In this document: positions 21,090 to 31,431 of the stretch, in pieces | How positions within the stretch are numbered: the stretch's first letter is position 1 | Layout of the letters: the number at the start of each line of letters is the position of its first letter | NCBI GenBank assembly: GCA_007376395.1 | Contig: VMGE01000005.1 | Coordinates: 2,821 to 66,820 of the forward strand | DNA from: Microgenomates group bacterium Gr01-1014_5 | GTDB taxonomy: Bacteria; Patescibacteriota; Microgenomatia; UBA8517; UBA10165 | DNA length: 64,000 nt | Reading direction: 5' to 3' | Notes under the pieces: model-generated | Told to the model about the DNA's origin: nothing | Database searches by the model: none | The model's input: the letters and a program-made list of their open reading frames with translations, nothing else | Translations under genes and position numbers: made by a program

Positions 21090-22044
21090 TTTGTTTAAGC
21101 CTCCTTTCGTCTATAATTAGTTCTTGTGTTTTAGTTATTAATTCTTCTGTATTTTCCCAGATTAATCCGTCTTGCCCATTAGCAACTATTTCCTCGTGTC
21201 CGCCTTTTTTAACAATCACAGGAACTGCTCCGTGCGTCATTGCTTCAACAACAGTAATTCCAAAATGCTCGACTCTAGCAGGCTCGCTCTGCTCGTCTAT
21301 ACCATACCCAGAGGCAGACCAGTAAAGAGAAGCTTTCTCATAAAACTTTATTACTTCTTTGTACGGCAGGTTTTCTAAAACATCGATAGGATATCCTTGT
21401 GCAGTTTTTTTAAGATTGGGGACAATGTCTCCTGCCCCGACACTACTGCCGCCTATGAGAACCAGTCGCCAATTTTTCAAGCCCTTTTTACACATATCCT
21501 TAAAAACTTCTATTAATATCTCTTGGCCTTTAGCTTGCTGTAAGCGGGAGTAACGACCGACATAAATAATTATTTTCTCTTTTTCGACCTTTGTTGTGTT
21601 TTTAGACAAACTTACCGGAGGGTATAGAACAGTGCTGTTAACAGCGAATTCTTTATCTATAAAAGATTTCGTATATTGCGAGTTACAAATTATATTATTG
21701 ACTCTTAATAGTTTTAATTTGTTAAAGATAGACTTTCCGCCAACATCTTTAAAAGGGGTTTGAAAGTGGAGAATATTTTTTTTAGCAAGTAGTAAAGGGA
21801 TACTTCCGTCAGAGATCCAAAAAATAAGGTCATAACCGGCTCCACGGCTTACATTATCAACAATATTAATTCCGGAAAGATCCATACCCAGCCTCTCTTC
21901 TAACCATGGCAAGGTCTTCTTGTCTTTCCACTGAAAGTCAACTTTCCACCCGTTTTTTATTAACGCACGAGCAAAGGTTAGGACGTAACGTTCTCCTCCG
22001 CCTCCTGTGTCTAAATATGGATCATAAAAAGCAGCCTTTTTCAT
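21010..22044 (-). CDS. GT4 glycosyltransferase
   Basis: GGGERY, NSQYT, EHFGITVVEAM; ATG 22044 overlaps the upstream TGA (ATGA). Confidence 0.9.
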   Translation of the reverse strand: MKKAAFYDPYLDTGGGGERYVLTFARALIKNGWKVDFQWKDKKTLPWLEERLGMDLSGINIVDNVSRGAGYDLIFWISDGSIPLLLAKKNILHFQTPFKDVGGKSIFNKLKLLRVNNIICNSQYTKSFIDKEFAVNSTVLYPPVSLSKNTTKVEKEKIIIYVGRYSRLQQAKGQEILIEVFKDMCKKGLKNWRLVLIGGSSVGAGDIVPNLKKTAQGYPIDVLENLPYKEVIKFYEKASLYWSASGYGIDEQSEPARVEHFGITVVEAMTHGAVPVIVKKGGHEEIVANGQDGLIWENTEELITKTQELIIDERRLKQIANKAREKAKKFSEEEFEKNLFRYIK

Positions 22045-22820
22045 GAATTTTGACTTTTGATTTTTGAATTTTGATTTTCTGACTGCATCTCCCACAATTT
22101 CGCGTATGTTACAAAGCGGCTATACCCTTGATAGATGCAATATATTATCCCTTCTGGTCCATCTAAAAAACCAAGTTTGTTTATTAAACGATATCCCAGC
22201 TCTTGTCCCACGATTCTAAAGAATCTCCACCAAGCCATAGGCGGGTGGTTAGCGTTAAACAAAAGCCTAGCTTCGTAAACCGAGTATCTGTTTGTTTTTT
22301 CAACCATGTCTGAAAGATTGTCCTCTTTTAGGTGAACGAGTGCTTCTTTTAAACTCCCCATTTTCCCTTTAAATTTTGGCTGCTCGTGAACTTCTCCTTC
22401 CCAACCAAGAAGGGCTTCCTTTTTAATAAGTCTTAATACCCTGTCCGGCCACCAACCGCCGTGTCTTAACCACTTACCAAAAACATAATTTTTCCTTGGA
22501 ATATCATATGCCGTAAAGATGCCGGTTTGCACAGCATCAGAAATTTCTTTTGCTAACTTTGACGAAAGGCGCTCGTCGTGATCAATATAAAATATCCATT
22601 CATTGTGGGCAAGCTTTGCGGCTTCACTGCGCCAAGCGGCATAATTCTGACCTTTTGCACGACTTATTCTACTGCCGAATTTTTTAACAATATTTAAGGT
22701 TTCATCTGTCGATCCTGTGTCTAAAACTATAATTTCATCTGCTATATCTTTTACCGACTTAAGACAATCCTCTATTTTGTCCGCAGCATTTTTAACTAAA
22801 ATAATTACAGAAATTTTCAC
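22041..22820 (-). CDS. GT2 glycosyltransferase (WaaE/KdtX-like)
   Basis: LDTGSTDET, IDHDER, GWWPD, VHEQ, GFLDG. Confidence 0.88.
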   Translation of the reverse strand: MKISVIILVKNAADKIEDCLKSVKDIADEIIVLDTGSTDETLNIVKKFGSRISRAKGQNYAAWRSEAAKLAHNEWIFYIDHDERLSSKLAKEISDAVQTGIFTAYDIPRKNYVFGKWLRHGGWWPDRVLRLIKKEALLGWEGEVHEQPKFKGKMGSLKEALVHLKEDNLSDMVEKTNRYSVYEARLLFNANHPPMAWWRFFRIVGQELGYRLINKLGFLDGPEGIIYCIYQGYSRFVTYAKLWEMQSENQNSKIKSQNS

Positions 22821-23725
22821 TTGTAACTCCCTCTACCCAAACTACCTTTGTAAAAATCTATTACCCCTTGCCTCTGCCACGGCCTACCCTGAACTAATAA
22901 TCTTAGGCTTTCTTTAATAATAGCTATTTTAGCGCGTACCGGAGCGTACTTTATTCCAAACAACAATCTATTACGGGTAATGTAATAGTCGTTAAGATTA
23001 CTTCCAATCCCTGAGCTCTGGGAAACTTTGTGCCAAACTTTTGCCTGAGGAACAAAGATAATTTTCCGACCAAAACGCTGCACTCTTTGTGATAAATCAG
23101 CATCCTCAAGATAGAGGTAGAATTTTTCATCAAACAAGCCCACACTTTCGATTATTTCGCGGCGAATCATCATACAGGCGCCAGTCGCAAAATCAATCTC
23201 ATGGATTTTCTCGTACTGCCCTATATCAGTATCATCCACACCGTAGTTAGAGGCTAAAACATTATCCCAATCTATAACTCCTCCTGCGTACCAGACAACT
23301 CTGCCCTTTTCTCTTTCCGGATATTTGCCTTTGTGATACTCGAACCCTGGATAGAAATAAATCATCGGTGAAAGTATCCCTGCGTCTTTATTATTATCTG
23401 CGGCCTCAATCAAATGAGTAATGAGGTTTTTATCCACAATAGTGTCGTTATTTAAAGTCAAGACGAAGTCAGCTCCGTTTTCAACCGCTTTTTTAATACC
23501 AATATTGTTTCCAGCGGAAAAACCAAGGTTTTCTCCGGTCTCGATAACTTCCATTTTCGGATATTTCTTTTTAATGGCTTTGAAGGAATCGTCGGTCGAA
23601 CCATTATCCACCACGATAATTTTCAGATGACAGCCGACAATTGACAACTGGCCAACTGATTTTAGACACTCGAGGGTGTCTCTTTTCCCATTCCAATTAA
23701 GAATAACAATTGTTATTTCTCTCAT
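22817..23725 (-). CDS. GT2 glycosyltransferase
   Basis: ILNWNG, VDNGSTD, NLGFSAGNN, LNND, FDEKFYLYLEDAD. Confidence 0.9.
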   Translation of the reverse strand: MREITIVILNWNGKRDTLECLKSVGQLSIVGCHLKIIVVDNGSTDDSFKAIKKKYPKMEVIETGENLGFSAGNNIGIKKAVENGADFVLTLNNDTIVDKNLITHLIEAADNNKDAGILSPMIYFYPGFEYHKGKYPEREKGRVVWYAGGVIDWDNVLASNYGVDDTDIGQYEKIHEIDFATGACMMIRREIIESVGLFDEKFYLYLEDADLSQRVQRFGRKIIFVPQAKVWHKVSQSSGIGSNLNDYYITRNRLLFGIKYAPVRAKIAIIKESLRLLVQGRPWQRQGVIDFYKGSLGRGSYK

Positions 23726-24612
23726 CTGAGAAGTTTACGGAGGGCGCGCTTAACAACCCCGGGATGTCTGAACTTTTTAGCAACTAACCAGTGATCGATT
23801 TGCGCTTCTGCCTCAGTTACCACATTTTCTATCTCAGACTCTTTTATCTCTTCCTCCCTAAACTTTTCTTTCTCCCATACTTTAATGTAAACAACAGCTT
23901 CGGAGAGCGCCTGTAACAAGGATAGGGCTATGCCATGTACACCATCTTTATAACCTTCCCCTACAAAATATCTACTTAAAAATTCTCCTACCGGCTTTTT
24001 GACCAGATCTTGCCAGTCGAATTTGTAACCTTCACCAATAAGTGCTTTAGCCTGAATATCTGTATATCTATCCATGCGGGTGATGTATTGAGAAACGGAA
24101 TTATAATTATGGTGGACAAGCGCGTAATCTAGTTTTGCCTCAATATCAAGTCCCTTACCTTGAGTCACGGGCACAGAATGGATAATTTCATTCCAAACAA
24201 CTTTTCCTTTTTTAAAAAAACGGATATTATAGTCAGGCCACCACCGGGAATGTTCGAGCCAGCGGCCAAAAACGATATTTTTCCGTGGAAGACGATAATA
24301 GTCAGCTTTGCCTGTCTTTGTTAATTGTTTTAATTTCTTGACAAGCGAGGGTAGAGTTTCCTCGTCAGCATCTAATATTAGAATCCAGTCGCTCGTTGCA
24401 CGGGAGATTGCATAATTTCTCGCTGGTTCTACATAACCTGTTAGTTTATGTTTAAAGACTTTAGCACCCGCGTTCTTGGCGATTTCAACTGTTTTATCGG
24501 TCGATTCCATGTCCGTCACCACAATCTCGTCTGCCAAATCTTTTACTGAAGCCAAACAGCGAGGGAGGTTTTTCTCCTCATTACGCGTATTAATTACAAC
24601 AGATATAGCCAT
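23722..24612 (-). CDS. GT2 glycosyltransferase (WaaE/KdtX-like)
   Basis: ISVVINTRNEE, DMESTD, LDADE, WWPDY, GYKDG; start ATG 24612 inferred. Confidence 0.88.
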   Translation of the reverse strand: MAISVVINTRNEEKNLPRCLASVKDLADEIVVTDMESTDKTVEIAKNAGAKVFKHKLTGYVEPARNYAISRATSDWILILDADEETLPSLVKKLKQLTKTGKADYYRLPRKNIVFGRWLEHSRWWPDYNIRFFKKGKVVWNEIIHSVPVTQGKGLDIEAKLDYALVHHNYNSVSQYITRMDRYTDIQAKALIGEGYKFDWQDLVKKPVGEFLSRYFVGEGYKDGVHGIALSLLQALSEAVVYIKVWEKEKFREEEIKESEIENVVTEAEAQIDHWLVAKKFRHPGVVKRALRKLLR

Positions 24613-24642
24613 CCTACTTGTAAATTGTAGCACTAACTAAAG

Positions 24643-26391
24643 CTACTTCGCCAGAAGCCCTGATTTGTTAATTTTATAGATATCCACTTCGCTGTTTTCG
24701 AAAATTCGCAATATTCCAATCTGAGTCTCTCCTAAAGTTGCCCTTTGGGGCTTAACCCAATAAATATAGCGAATATCGTTCTTTTCTAAAAAACCTTTCA
24801 CCTCATCTTGATTTAGATTTCCAAGCCAATCTAACACTTTTTTGCGTCGCTCTTTCCAGTTGTAGTCAGTAATATCCATATTGACTTCATCTTCTAAATA
24901 AACAGGTTGGGCTGAAAACGCCGCAACGTAAGCTGTTGACTCATAAAGATACAATGGCCTCGGCGGGTTGGCAATCGCCTTTTCGGCAGCAGTTCTGTCA
25001 AACGGGTAGGTCAAAACAACGCCTTTGGGTTGGCTTTTTAAAAACTTTAGAGCCTCAAGTTCTGCCGTTGAAATTTTAGCAGGAGGTCTAGCGGGAAGGT
25101 AGTGATACCACAAGGTCGAAAAACTCGTGGGTACGGTTAATAAAACGAGTATTGTTCCCCAAACAACTCTATTCTTGTTTTTTTCTAACCACTGACCTGC
25201 CACAATACCCGCAAGAATGCTGGAGAAAAAGAGTGAATAATAAGTAAATTGGATCGTGTTCCACGGCGTCCCTTTTTGTAAGAAAAACATCGGAATTAGT
25301 GCCCCTCCGACAATCACACTGGCTAAGAAAGTCTCTACCACCCCAAAACCTTTCCAATCCCTAATCCATCTAAACACCAAGATCTCCTTAATACCCCTAG
25401 TTCCTAAATTTCCAAACCAAAAAATCGCGAAAGCGATAGCGTATGCAGGAATTGCTTTTACGAAATTCCCTCCGGATTTATACGCCATCATCGCGTCAAA
25501 ATAACGCTGCCAGCCGAAGCGGTCTGATAAAGCCATCATTGTTTCCAAAAACCAAAAAGGTTGATAAACCAACAGACTTCCCTCAGTTCTGGTAAAAAGC
25601 TTAAAGACGACAAAGGAAATTGCACCCGAGGCAACAGATGCAATAAGATAGGTGAAGTTTTTATCTCTTATTACTCTCAATACACCCAAAAAACCCAATC
25701 CGCCCAGCGCCAAAATTCCTGCGTAAACTTTAATTTCTATAACTAAGCCGAAAAACAAAACTACACCAAGTAAATATTTCCAATTTTTTGTTTTATCAAA
25801 CCTTACTAACGCAATAATTCCAGCTAGTAAAACAATTAGGGACGCCGCAAAGGGAGGGTTTAACAAGGTTGAAACCGAAGATTGAGCCCAAAACATAGAT
25901 TCTCCACCAACCATACCGTCACGCAATAAGGTCACTATCCAACCAAAACTTCCACCAAAATAAACAAAAAATAACGACCACAAAGCTTGTACTTTTGAAT
26001 TTGTAAAATCTAGAACGAGTTTGTAAGATAACCAGCCAATTAGCAAAGCGAAAATTGGAGGGAGTATTTGAAAATAAAGGTTAAGAGTCGGAATACCAGA
26101 AATTTGATGTAAAAAGGCGACAAATAAATCAAAGCCCAAGTGATAATTTTTAAATGCTTCGCCGGAAAAGACCGGCATATCGAGAAAATTTAAATTATTA
26201 GCAGCAAGATGGTTAATTAAGGCCAAATGCCAAATTCCATCATGTCCGTTTGGGCCCCAAAACCCCGCTCCATAGGAGTAAATCCAACCGCTCTTGACCA
26301 TGGTTAAACTCCATGAAATAGTCCCTAATAAAAGGATTAGAAGGAAAAGAAATTTATCTTTTAATAAGCGCATAGAAAACCTTTCTCGCAT
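24643..26391 (-). CDS. Polytopic membrane protein, probable GT-C glycosyltransferase
   Basis: HDGIWH acidic loop after TM1, NYHLGFD, many TM segments, soluble C-terminal domain. Confidence 0.65.
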   Translation of the reverse strand: MRERFSMRLLKDKFLFLLILLLGTISWSLTMVKSGWIYSYGAGFWGPNGHDGIWHLALINHLAANNLNFLDMPVFSGEAFKNYHLGFDLFVAFLHQISGIPTLNLYFQILPPIFALLIGWLSYKLVLDFTNSKVQALWSLFFVYFGGSFGWIVTLLRDGMVGGESMFWAQSSVSTLLNPPFAASLIVLLAGIIALVRFDKTKNWKYLLGVVLFFGLVIEIKVYAGILALGGLGFLGVLRVIRDKNFTYLIASVASGAISFVVFKLFTRTEGSLLVYQPFWFLETMMALSDRFGWQRYFDAMMAYKSGGNFVKAIPAYAIAFAIFWFGNLGTRGIKEILVFRWIRDWKGFGVVETFLASVIVGGALIPMFFLQKGTPWNTIQFTYYSLFFSSILAGIVAGQWLEKNKNRVVWGTILVLLTVPTSFSTLWYHYLPARPPAKISTAELEALKFLKSQPKGVVLTYPFDRTAAEKAIANPPRPLYLYESTAYVAAFSAQPVYLEDEVNMDITDYNWKERRKKVLDWLGNLNQDEVKGFLEKNDIRYIYWVKPQRATLGETQIGILRIFENSEVDIYKINKSGLLAK

Positions 26392-27835
26392 CTTTTAATA
26401 AGGTTTGTCCCACAAGTAGTAATATTCCGAAAGAATAAACTAACCCTCCAAAAACCAGGAGTATAACCACCCACTGCAAACTTGGCGGCATCATATTCCG
26501 GATAATGAGCAAAATTATCCCCATACCCAAAGACGCAACCAAAGGTTTTAATACCGGTGTTCCAAGGGAAAATAAAACATATTTCCTGACAATAAAAATT
26601 GCAACGACAGAGGAGGACGAGACCAATGCGTAGCCTACTGCAGCGCCGTTTATGCCGTAGTTGATTGCCAAATAGGGAATTAGCAACCAGTTTAATATTG
26701 TCCACATAATCATTAAGTAAAAGTGTATTTTTATTTTCCCGATAGCGTTTAAAGCATTGGTTAAAGGTGTCGTTACAGCCGCAAAGAGCGCACTTGTCCC
26801 AAACATACTCAGGGCAAAAAGAGCAGGCTGCCATTTTGCATACCTGGGAACAATCTCGATAATTACCGGAGCAAGGATTGCTAACCCAATAACTGCGGGA
26901 AAAACTAGAAAGCAGACAAAAAAGACTGCGCGCGAAACCGCATTTGCCAGCTCATCTTCCTTATCCTGTAAACGCGAAAAAGCTGGGAAAGTAACTTTTA
27001 TTACCTGATCCATAAAAAAGCGTAATGGCGCCTGTCCCCACTTCTGTCCCCACATTAAAAGACCAATACCAGAGTCTCCAAGTATTCTTCCTAGTACTAA
27101 TATAAGACCGTCATCTTTAAGCATTGCTAAAAAAGTGTTGGTTTGATATGGAACCCCAAACCGCAGTAATGTTTTAAGTGCTGATTTCGAGAAAGCAAAT
27201 CCGGGAGTCCAAGGCTGGAGAATATAAGTCAGCACTAGTCCCACTAAAGCTTGCAGTAGAACACCGACAGTAAAGCTGGTTAAACCAAACCCTTGAGTAG
27301 CTAAATAAATTACTGTTGCGTTGAAAACTATCGTATCTGCAATCTGAGGAATAATTAGTTTTTCAAATTGTAGTTTACGTTCTAATATGATTGTCGGAAT
27401 CGTTCTTAAAGAAGAAATAAAGAAAGACACCCCAAGAGCCCAAAGTAAATAGACAATTTCGTCAGACCATTTATAAAAGTTTTGTAAAAAAGGTGTGGTA
27501 AAAAATAAGACGACAAGTAGAAATATTACTAATGACTGCTGAATTAAAAAAGTCGATTTTAAATCTTCGTCAGTCAACGCTTCCTTTTTTTGAATTAAAG
27601 CTCCAGCCAAACCAATGTCCGAAAAGTAAGACAGAAAATTTTTAACAGCCAAAACAAGAGAGTAAGTTCCCAGTTGCGCGATCTCAAATAAAGAACCGTA
27701 AACACCGAAGGCTACTAAACCAACAATTTGCAAGAAAAAGGTACGGAAGGTTAAAGCCGCAATGCCCGAAATGGTTCTCTTTTTGACTGATTCTAAGTCG
27801 GGGTCCTCTGACGTGTATTCTAAATTACCTATCAC
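26354..27835 (-). CDS. WzxC-like oligosaccharide flippase
   Basis: FSDIGLAGALIQK, LERKLQF, VTFPAFSRLQ; about 14 TM segments. Confidence 0.88.
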   Translation of the reverse strand: MIGNLEYTSEDPDLESVKKRTISGIAALTFRTFFLQIVGLVAFGVYGSLFEIAQLGTYSLVLAVKNFLSYFSDIGLAGALIQKKEALTDEDLKSTFLIQQSLVIFLLVVLFFTTPFLQNFYKWSDEIVYLLWALGVSFFISSLRTIPTIILERKLQFEKLIIPQIADTIVFNATVIYLATQGFGLTSFTVGVLLQALVGLVLTYILQPWTPGFAFSKSALKTLLRFGVPYQTNTFLAMLKDDGLILVLGRILGDSGIGLLMWGQKWGQAPLRFFMDQVIKVTFPAFSRLQDKEDELANAVSRAVFFVCFLVFPAVIGLAILAPVIIEIVPRYAKWQPALFALSMFGTSALFAAVTTPLTNALNAIGKIKIHFYLMIMWTILNWLLIPYLAINYGINGAAVGYALVSSSSVVAIFIVRKYVLFSLGTPVLKPLVASLGMGIILLIIRNMMPPSLQWVVILLVFGGLVYSFGILLLVGQTLLKDARKVFYALIKR

Positions 27836-27883
27836 AACTTAAATTCTAACACGAAGTGTCTGATTTCCTGAAAGCTTTCAACT

Positions 27884-29623
27884 CTAATATTTGATATCTG
27901 TTAAAAAATTCTGACAAAAGTCTTCTATGGATAGATTTTCTATATCAAGATAGTCGATGTCTTTGATTAAAGGATAGTGTCGGGAAACATAATTGCGACA
28001 AAGTTCATCGCTCGTGATCACATACAAAGCACGACCATCTTTAATTGAAGCAATAGAACTTCCTCTAAGTTCTTGAGAGCAAGGAATTCTTGTATCTACT
28101 ATCAAATTTGTATTTTCTGTAAAGTCAGGACAATCACCAGCGATATTAAGATTGCCTATGCTATAATCTTCCTGAGAAAATCTTGCATTAGTTGTTTTAA
28201 TAGATTGTGTATCGTTATAGAGTTTATTAAACAATAGATACCTGTACGCAGTTTGCTTTGGTGTTGCTGAAACTAGGGTGATATCACCGAGGTTTTTGTC
28301 AAATGAGGATTTAATATATTTTGCAACAACGCGATCTGGCAAAAACCATCCTTCATTTCGATCTATAGGAAGCCTTGAAAAATATTGAATAGCAAAGTTG
28401 CCTACAAAGAGCAAATATACCGCGAAAATTGCCACATATGTTAAATTTCTTTGCGATAATAAAGAGAAACTATTTTTAAGGTAATAAATCCCTATTGCTG
28501 ATATCAATGTCAAGATTGGAAACAGAATTACCGTCCTTATCATATAGGTAGTTCCTTGGAGGTTTAGGAAATTTGGAATCAGTGTTATTACCAAAAAGCC
28601 CAAGAATGTAAAAAGAAGTCCTGGATTTGTCCTTGCCAGAAATACCAAACCAAAAACTATTAATGGCAGGTCTATTAAATATAGGGGTGCATGGTCAGAA
28701 ATTGCAAGGGAAGGGATACTTTCTGGCTGACCATCTTGAAAAAGGAAATTAGCTGACAGTGCCCCAAGAGCAGCCCGAGTTCTGTGTCTAATCTCTTCGA
28801 CATATTTATTTTCATAAATCTCTACAAGTGGAAAATCTAGACTTTGCGTCCGTTTAAGGTTTACAACTCCTTGAATATTTTGATCATTTAACTCCCTAAA
28901 TCTTACTCCGGCAGGAGATTTGGACAGGAGGGGCAAATAAATAGTTAAAAATGTCAATAGTAATAAACTGACTAGTAGCGCTGGTTTAACTGAGCTCTTA
29001 GGACTTATGAATCTAGCGCTTGCGAGAGTAAACAGAGCTAGGGGCAACATTATAGTTTTAGCAGAGAAATAACTTAGCAAGCCTGCCAAAAATAAGGGTG
29101 TAGCCCAGAGAATTTTCCAACCTTTAAAACTGAAGACAATATAAATTGCCAAAAGGTAAAAAAATGCACTAAAGATTGACTCGTATCCTGAACGTGCAAA
29201 GAAAATTGACCACGGGTTAATTGCAGCCAAAAAAGCAGCAATAAGCCCTGCCTCGCGTCCAATAAGTCTTTTTACTAATAGATAAGAGACACAGACCACT
29301 CCCAAACTAGCAAATATGAAAGGTAGCTTAACAATCGGCCAGGAAAATCCAAAAATTGCAATAAAAGGAACTATTAACCAAGAGCTTATCTCGCTGTGAA
29401 TTCCTCCTCCTAAATTTCCGCTGGTCTTACCTAAAATTCCAGTTACGACCCCTGGTATGTTTTGTCCTGTGTGTAACAATGATTGTGCATTGATAATAAT
29501 GTTTATTTCATCGTTGGCCATGCTAGGCGGAACTTGAATAAGAAAAATTGTCCTCAATAAAATACCAAGAAAAAATATGGCGAAAATCGGTATTTTACTG
29601 TTAAACAGTTTTGACAGAATCAT
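27884..29623 (-). CDS. GT-C fold membrane glycosyltransferase (divergent ArnT/PMT-like)
   Basis: NDEI...AQSLLHTG, VKLP, NPWSIFFARSGYE; Cys-containing C-terminal domain. Confidence 0.78.
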   Translation of the reverse strand: MILSKLFNSKIPIFAIFFLGILLRTIFLIQVPPSMANDEINIIINAQSLLHTGQNIPGVVTGILGKTSGNLGGGIHSEISSWLIVPFIAIFGFSWPIVKLPFIFASLGVVCVSYLLVKRLIGREAGLIAAFLAAINPWSIFFARSGYESIFSAFFYLLAIYIVFSFKGWKILWATPLFLAGLLSYFSAKTIMLPLALFTLASARFISPKSSVKPALLVSLLLLTFLTIYLPLLSKSPAGVRFRELNDQNIQGVVNLKRTQSLDFPLVEIYENKYVEEIRHRTRAALGALSANFLFQDGQPESIPSLAISDHAPLYLIDLPLIVFGLVFLARTNPGLLFTFLGFLVITLIPNFLNLQGTTYMIRTVILFPILTLISAIGIYYLKNSFSLLSQRNLTYVAIFAVYLLFVGNFAIQYFSRLPIDRNEGWFLPDRVVAKYIKSSFDKNLGDITLVSATPKQTAYRYLLFNKLYNDTQSIKTTNARFSQEDYSIGNLNIAGDCPDFTENTNLIVDTRIPCSQELRGSSIASIKDGRALYVITSDELCRNYVSRHYPLIKDIDYLDIENLSIEDFCQNFLTDIKY

Positions 29624-29660
29624 TAAACTAATTTTACCAGACGCGTAAACAGTATATCAT

Positions 29661-29740
29661 GCTAACCCTGAACGCAGCGAAGTGAAATAATCATTGACTT
29701 ATCTTAAATTCACAAGATTTTTCGCTATGCTTGGGAAGAC
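29661..29740. repeat. Degenerate REP-like palindromic remnant
   Basis: CCCTGAACGCAGCGAAG ... TTTTCGCTATGCTTGGG form imperfect inverted arms in an intergenic gap. Confidence 0.35.
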
Positions 29741-29754
29741 AATTACCAGAAGCG

Positions 29755-31431
29755 TTAAGGGTTTGTCTTCACAATCCTAAAAGCTACAGTTTTGTCAGGG
29801 TATTTTAATTCCTTGATCAAGGTTAGCCCATGTCTCTCGATTTGTTCAGGAGAAATTGCCAACTCATCCCCAATTAGATACTGGATAATTCGCAAATCTT
29901 TTTCCCAATTAATCGGCCTGGTGGTGATATTGTCAAACTTTATTGTCGTCTTGCGGTTCATATCTGTGTAATAATTCTCAAGATCTATTTCCTTATTTTC
30001 CTTTTGATATTTGGCAGGATCGTATTGTAAAAAGAACGCCAGCTCGATATATGGCTCTTCGCGGCTATTGTCAATAACTACAGGCAGGTTGGAGTCAAAA
30101 GTTTTTATAGTGGTCACTACTTTGTTCCAGCCCCAATCCCAATCGCGAGCTCTAAAATATTCGTTGAGTAATATTGCTGAACTGTAAAGTTTCCCGAGAC
30201 TGTAAACCAGCAACAAAACTGAAAACACTGCAACGCCTGGTAAAAAAACTTTTTTTAGTCCCAATTTCCCTAATAATCCTCTTGCCCATACAAAAACAGA
30301 GATTATTCCCAGACTAATAATAATCGTTTGCGGGATAACCAACGGTAAAGCACGATAAGTATTATAAGGGTCACGAGTAATTGCGGCTGGGATTGGAGCA
30401 AGAAGTAAAAGTGTTAAAACAAAAAACTTAAGTTCTCCAAGTTTCGACTTTGTAAAGATGTATAATCCCGCAAGATAAAAAGGCAGCTGCCAGATGAAAA
30501 ACGTAGCAAGCTCGGGAAAAGAGCTTCTCGGTTCGTAATCTCCTACGTTAAACATTAGCCGCGGTGAAAAGTAAGAAAGGTATAAAGCTATAAACTCTTG
30601 TACAGACAAAAACCAGCGGGAGTTAACCAGGAAAGAGAAAAAACTATGATAGTCGGAAATGAATCCTGCGGGAGTTCTTGTTTCAGAAAAAATGTTTAGA
30701 CCGGCGGCCCTGGCAAAAAATCCGGGAGTTGTCGCGATGGACAGAGTCGGCAACGAGACGCCAATTCCAATTATAACTGCCAATATTGCCCACTTTATGT
30801 GTGATTTACTAAAAATTATCTTCCTGTGTTTTAAGGTCAGAAGTATAACCATTAAGGGAGTAACAAGTCTTTGTGCGTGATAAGCAGGAACGGCAATGGC
30901 AAAAAGCACTGCTGCAATTAATAATAAAAATGGACGCTGTAGGCTCAGGTAAAAAACATACACTCCGGACAAAAGGAAAAAGAGAGCCAGATTACACTCA
31001 ATATATGTTCTACTGAAAACGATGTGCCACGGAGAAATTGCAAAAAGGAACGTGGTTAAAAATGCAAGCGGTAACGACATATTTTTAGGAGTAAGTTTTC
31101 TAACCAGAAGAAAGAGAATGGGTATTGTAAAAATACTAAAAATAAACGATGGGAAACGAACGGTAAACGGAGTTAAACCAAATTGGGGAATTAATGGAAC
31201 AATCGAATAAATATAAACCGGTGTTTTAAAATCAGTAAAGGAACGGAAAACAATAGGGTAATCTTTACCAAATTCATCTTTGCCTGTTTTTAATATTGAA
31301 TAAGCGCTATAACCTTGGCCTGCTTCGTCAACATATAAACCAGCGGGGGCTTCTCCTAATTTATAAAACCGGGTTAAAACGGCAAGTCCAATTACTAAAA
31401 GCAAAATTAAAGTGGCTAATATTTTTTTCAC
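29755..31431 (-). CDS. GT-C fold membrane glycosyltransferase (ArnT/PMT-like)
   Basis: VDEAGQGYSAYSILKTGKDEFG, TVRFPS, SPWHIVFSR; start GTG 31431 overlaps the upstream TGA. Confidence 0.85.
   Translation of the reverse strand: MKKILATLILLLVIGLAVLTRFYKLGEAPAGLYVDEAGQGYSAYSILKTGKDEFGKDYPIVFRSFTDFKTPVYIYSIVPLIPQFGLTPFTVRFPSFIFSIFTIPILFLLVRKLTPKNMSLPLAFLTTFLFAISPWHIVFSRTYIECNLALFFLLSGVYVFYLSLQRPFLLLIAAVLFAIAVPAYHAQRLVTPLMVILLTLKHRKIIFSKSHIKWAILAVIIGIGVSLPTLSIATTPGFFARAAGLNIFSETRTPAGFISDYHSFFSFLVNSRWFLSVQEFIALYLSYFSPRLMFNVGDYEPRSSFPELATFFIWQLPFYLAGLYIFTKSKLGELKFFVLTLLLLAPIPAAITRDPYNTYRALPLVIPQTIIISLGIISVFVWARGLLGKLGLKKVFLPGVAVFSVLLLVYSLGKLYSSAILLNEYFRARDWDWGWNKVVTTIKTFDSNLPVVIDNSREEPYIELAFFLQYDPAKYQKENKEIDLENYYTDMNRKTTIKFDNITTRPINWEKDLRIIQYLIGDELAISPEQIERHGLTLIKELKYPDKTVAFRIVKTNP

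Noticed and set aside
26361-26834. 157-aa alternative-frame ORF within the flippase, and the many other short antisense ORFs
   Set aside because: They lie within well-supported genes and show no motifs or initiation signals
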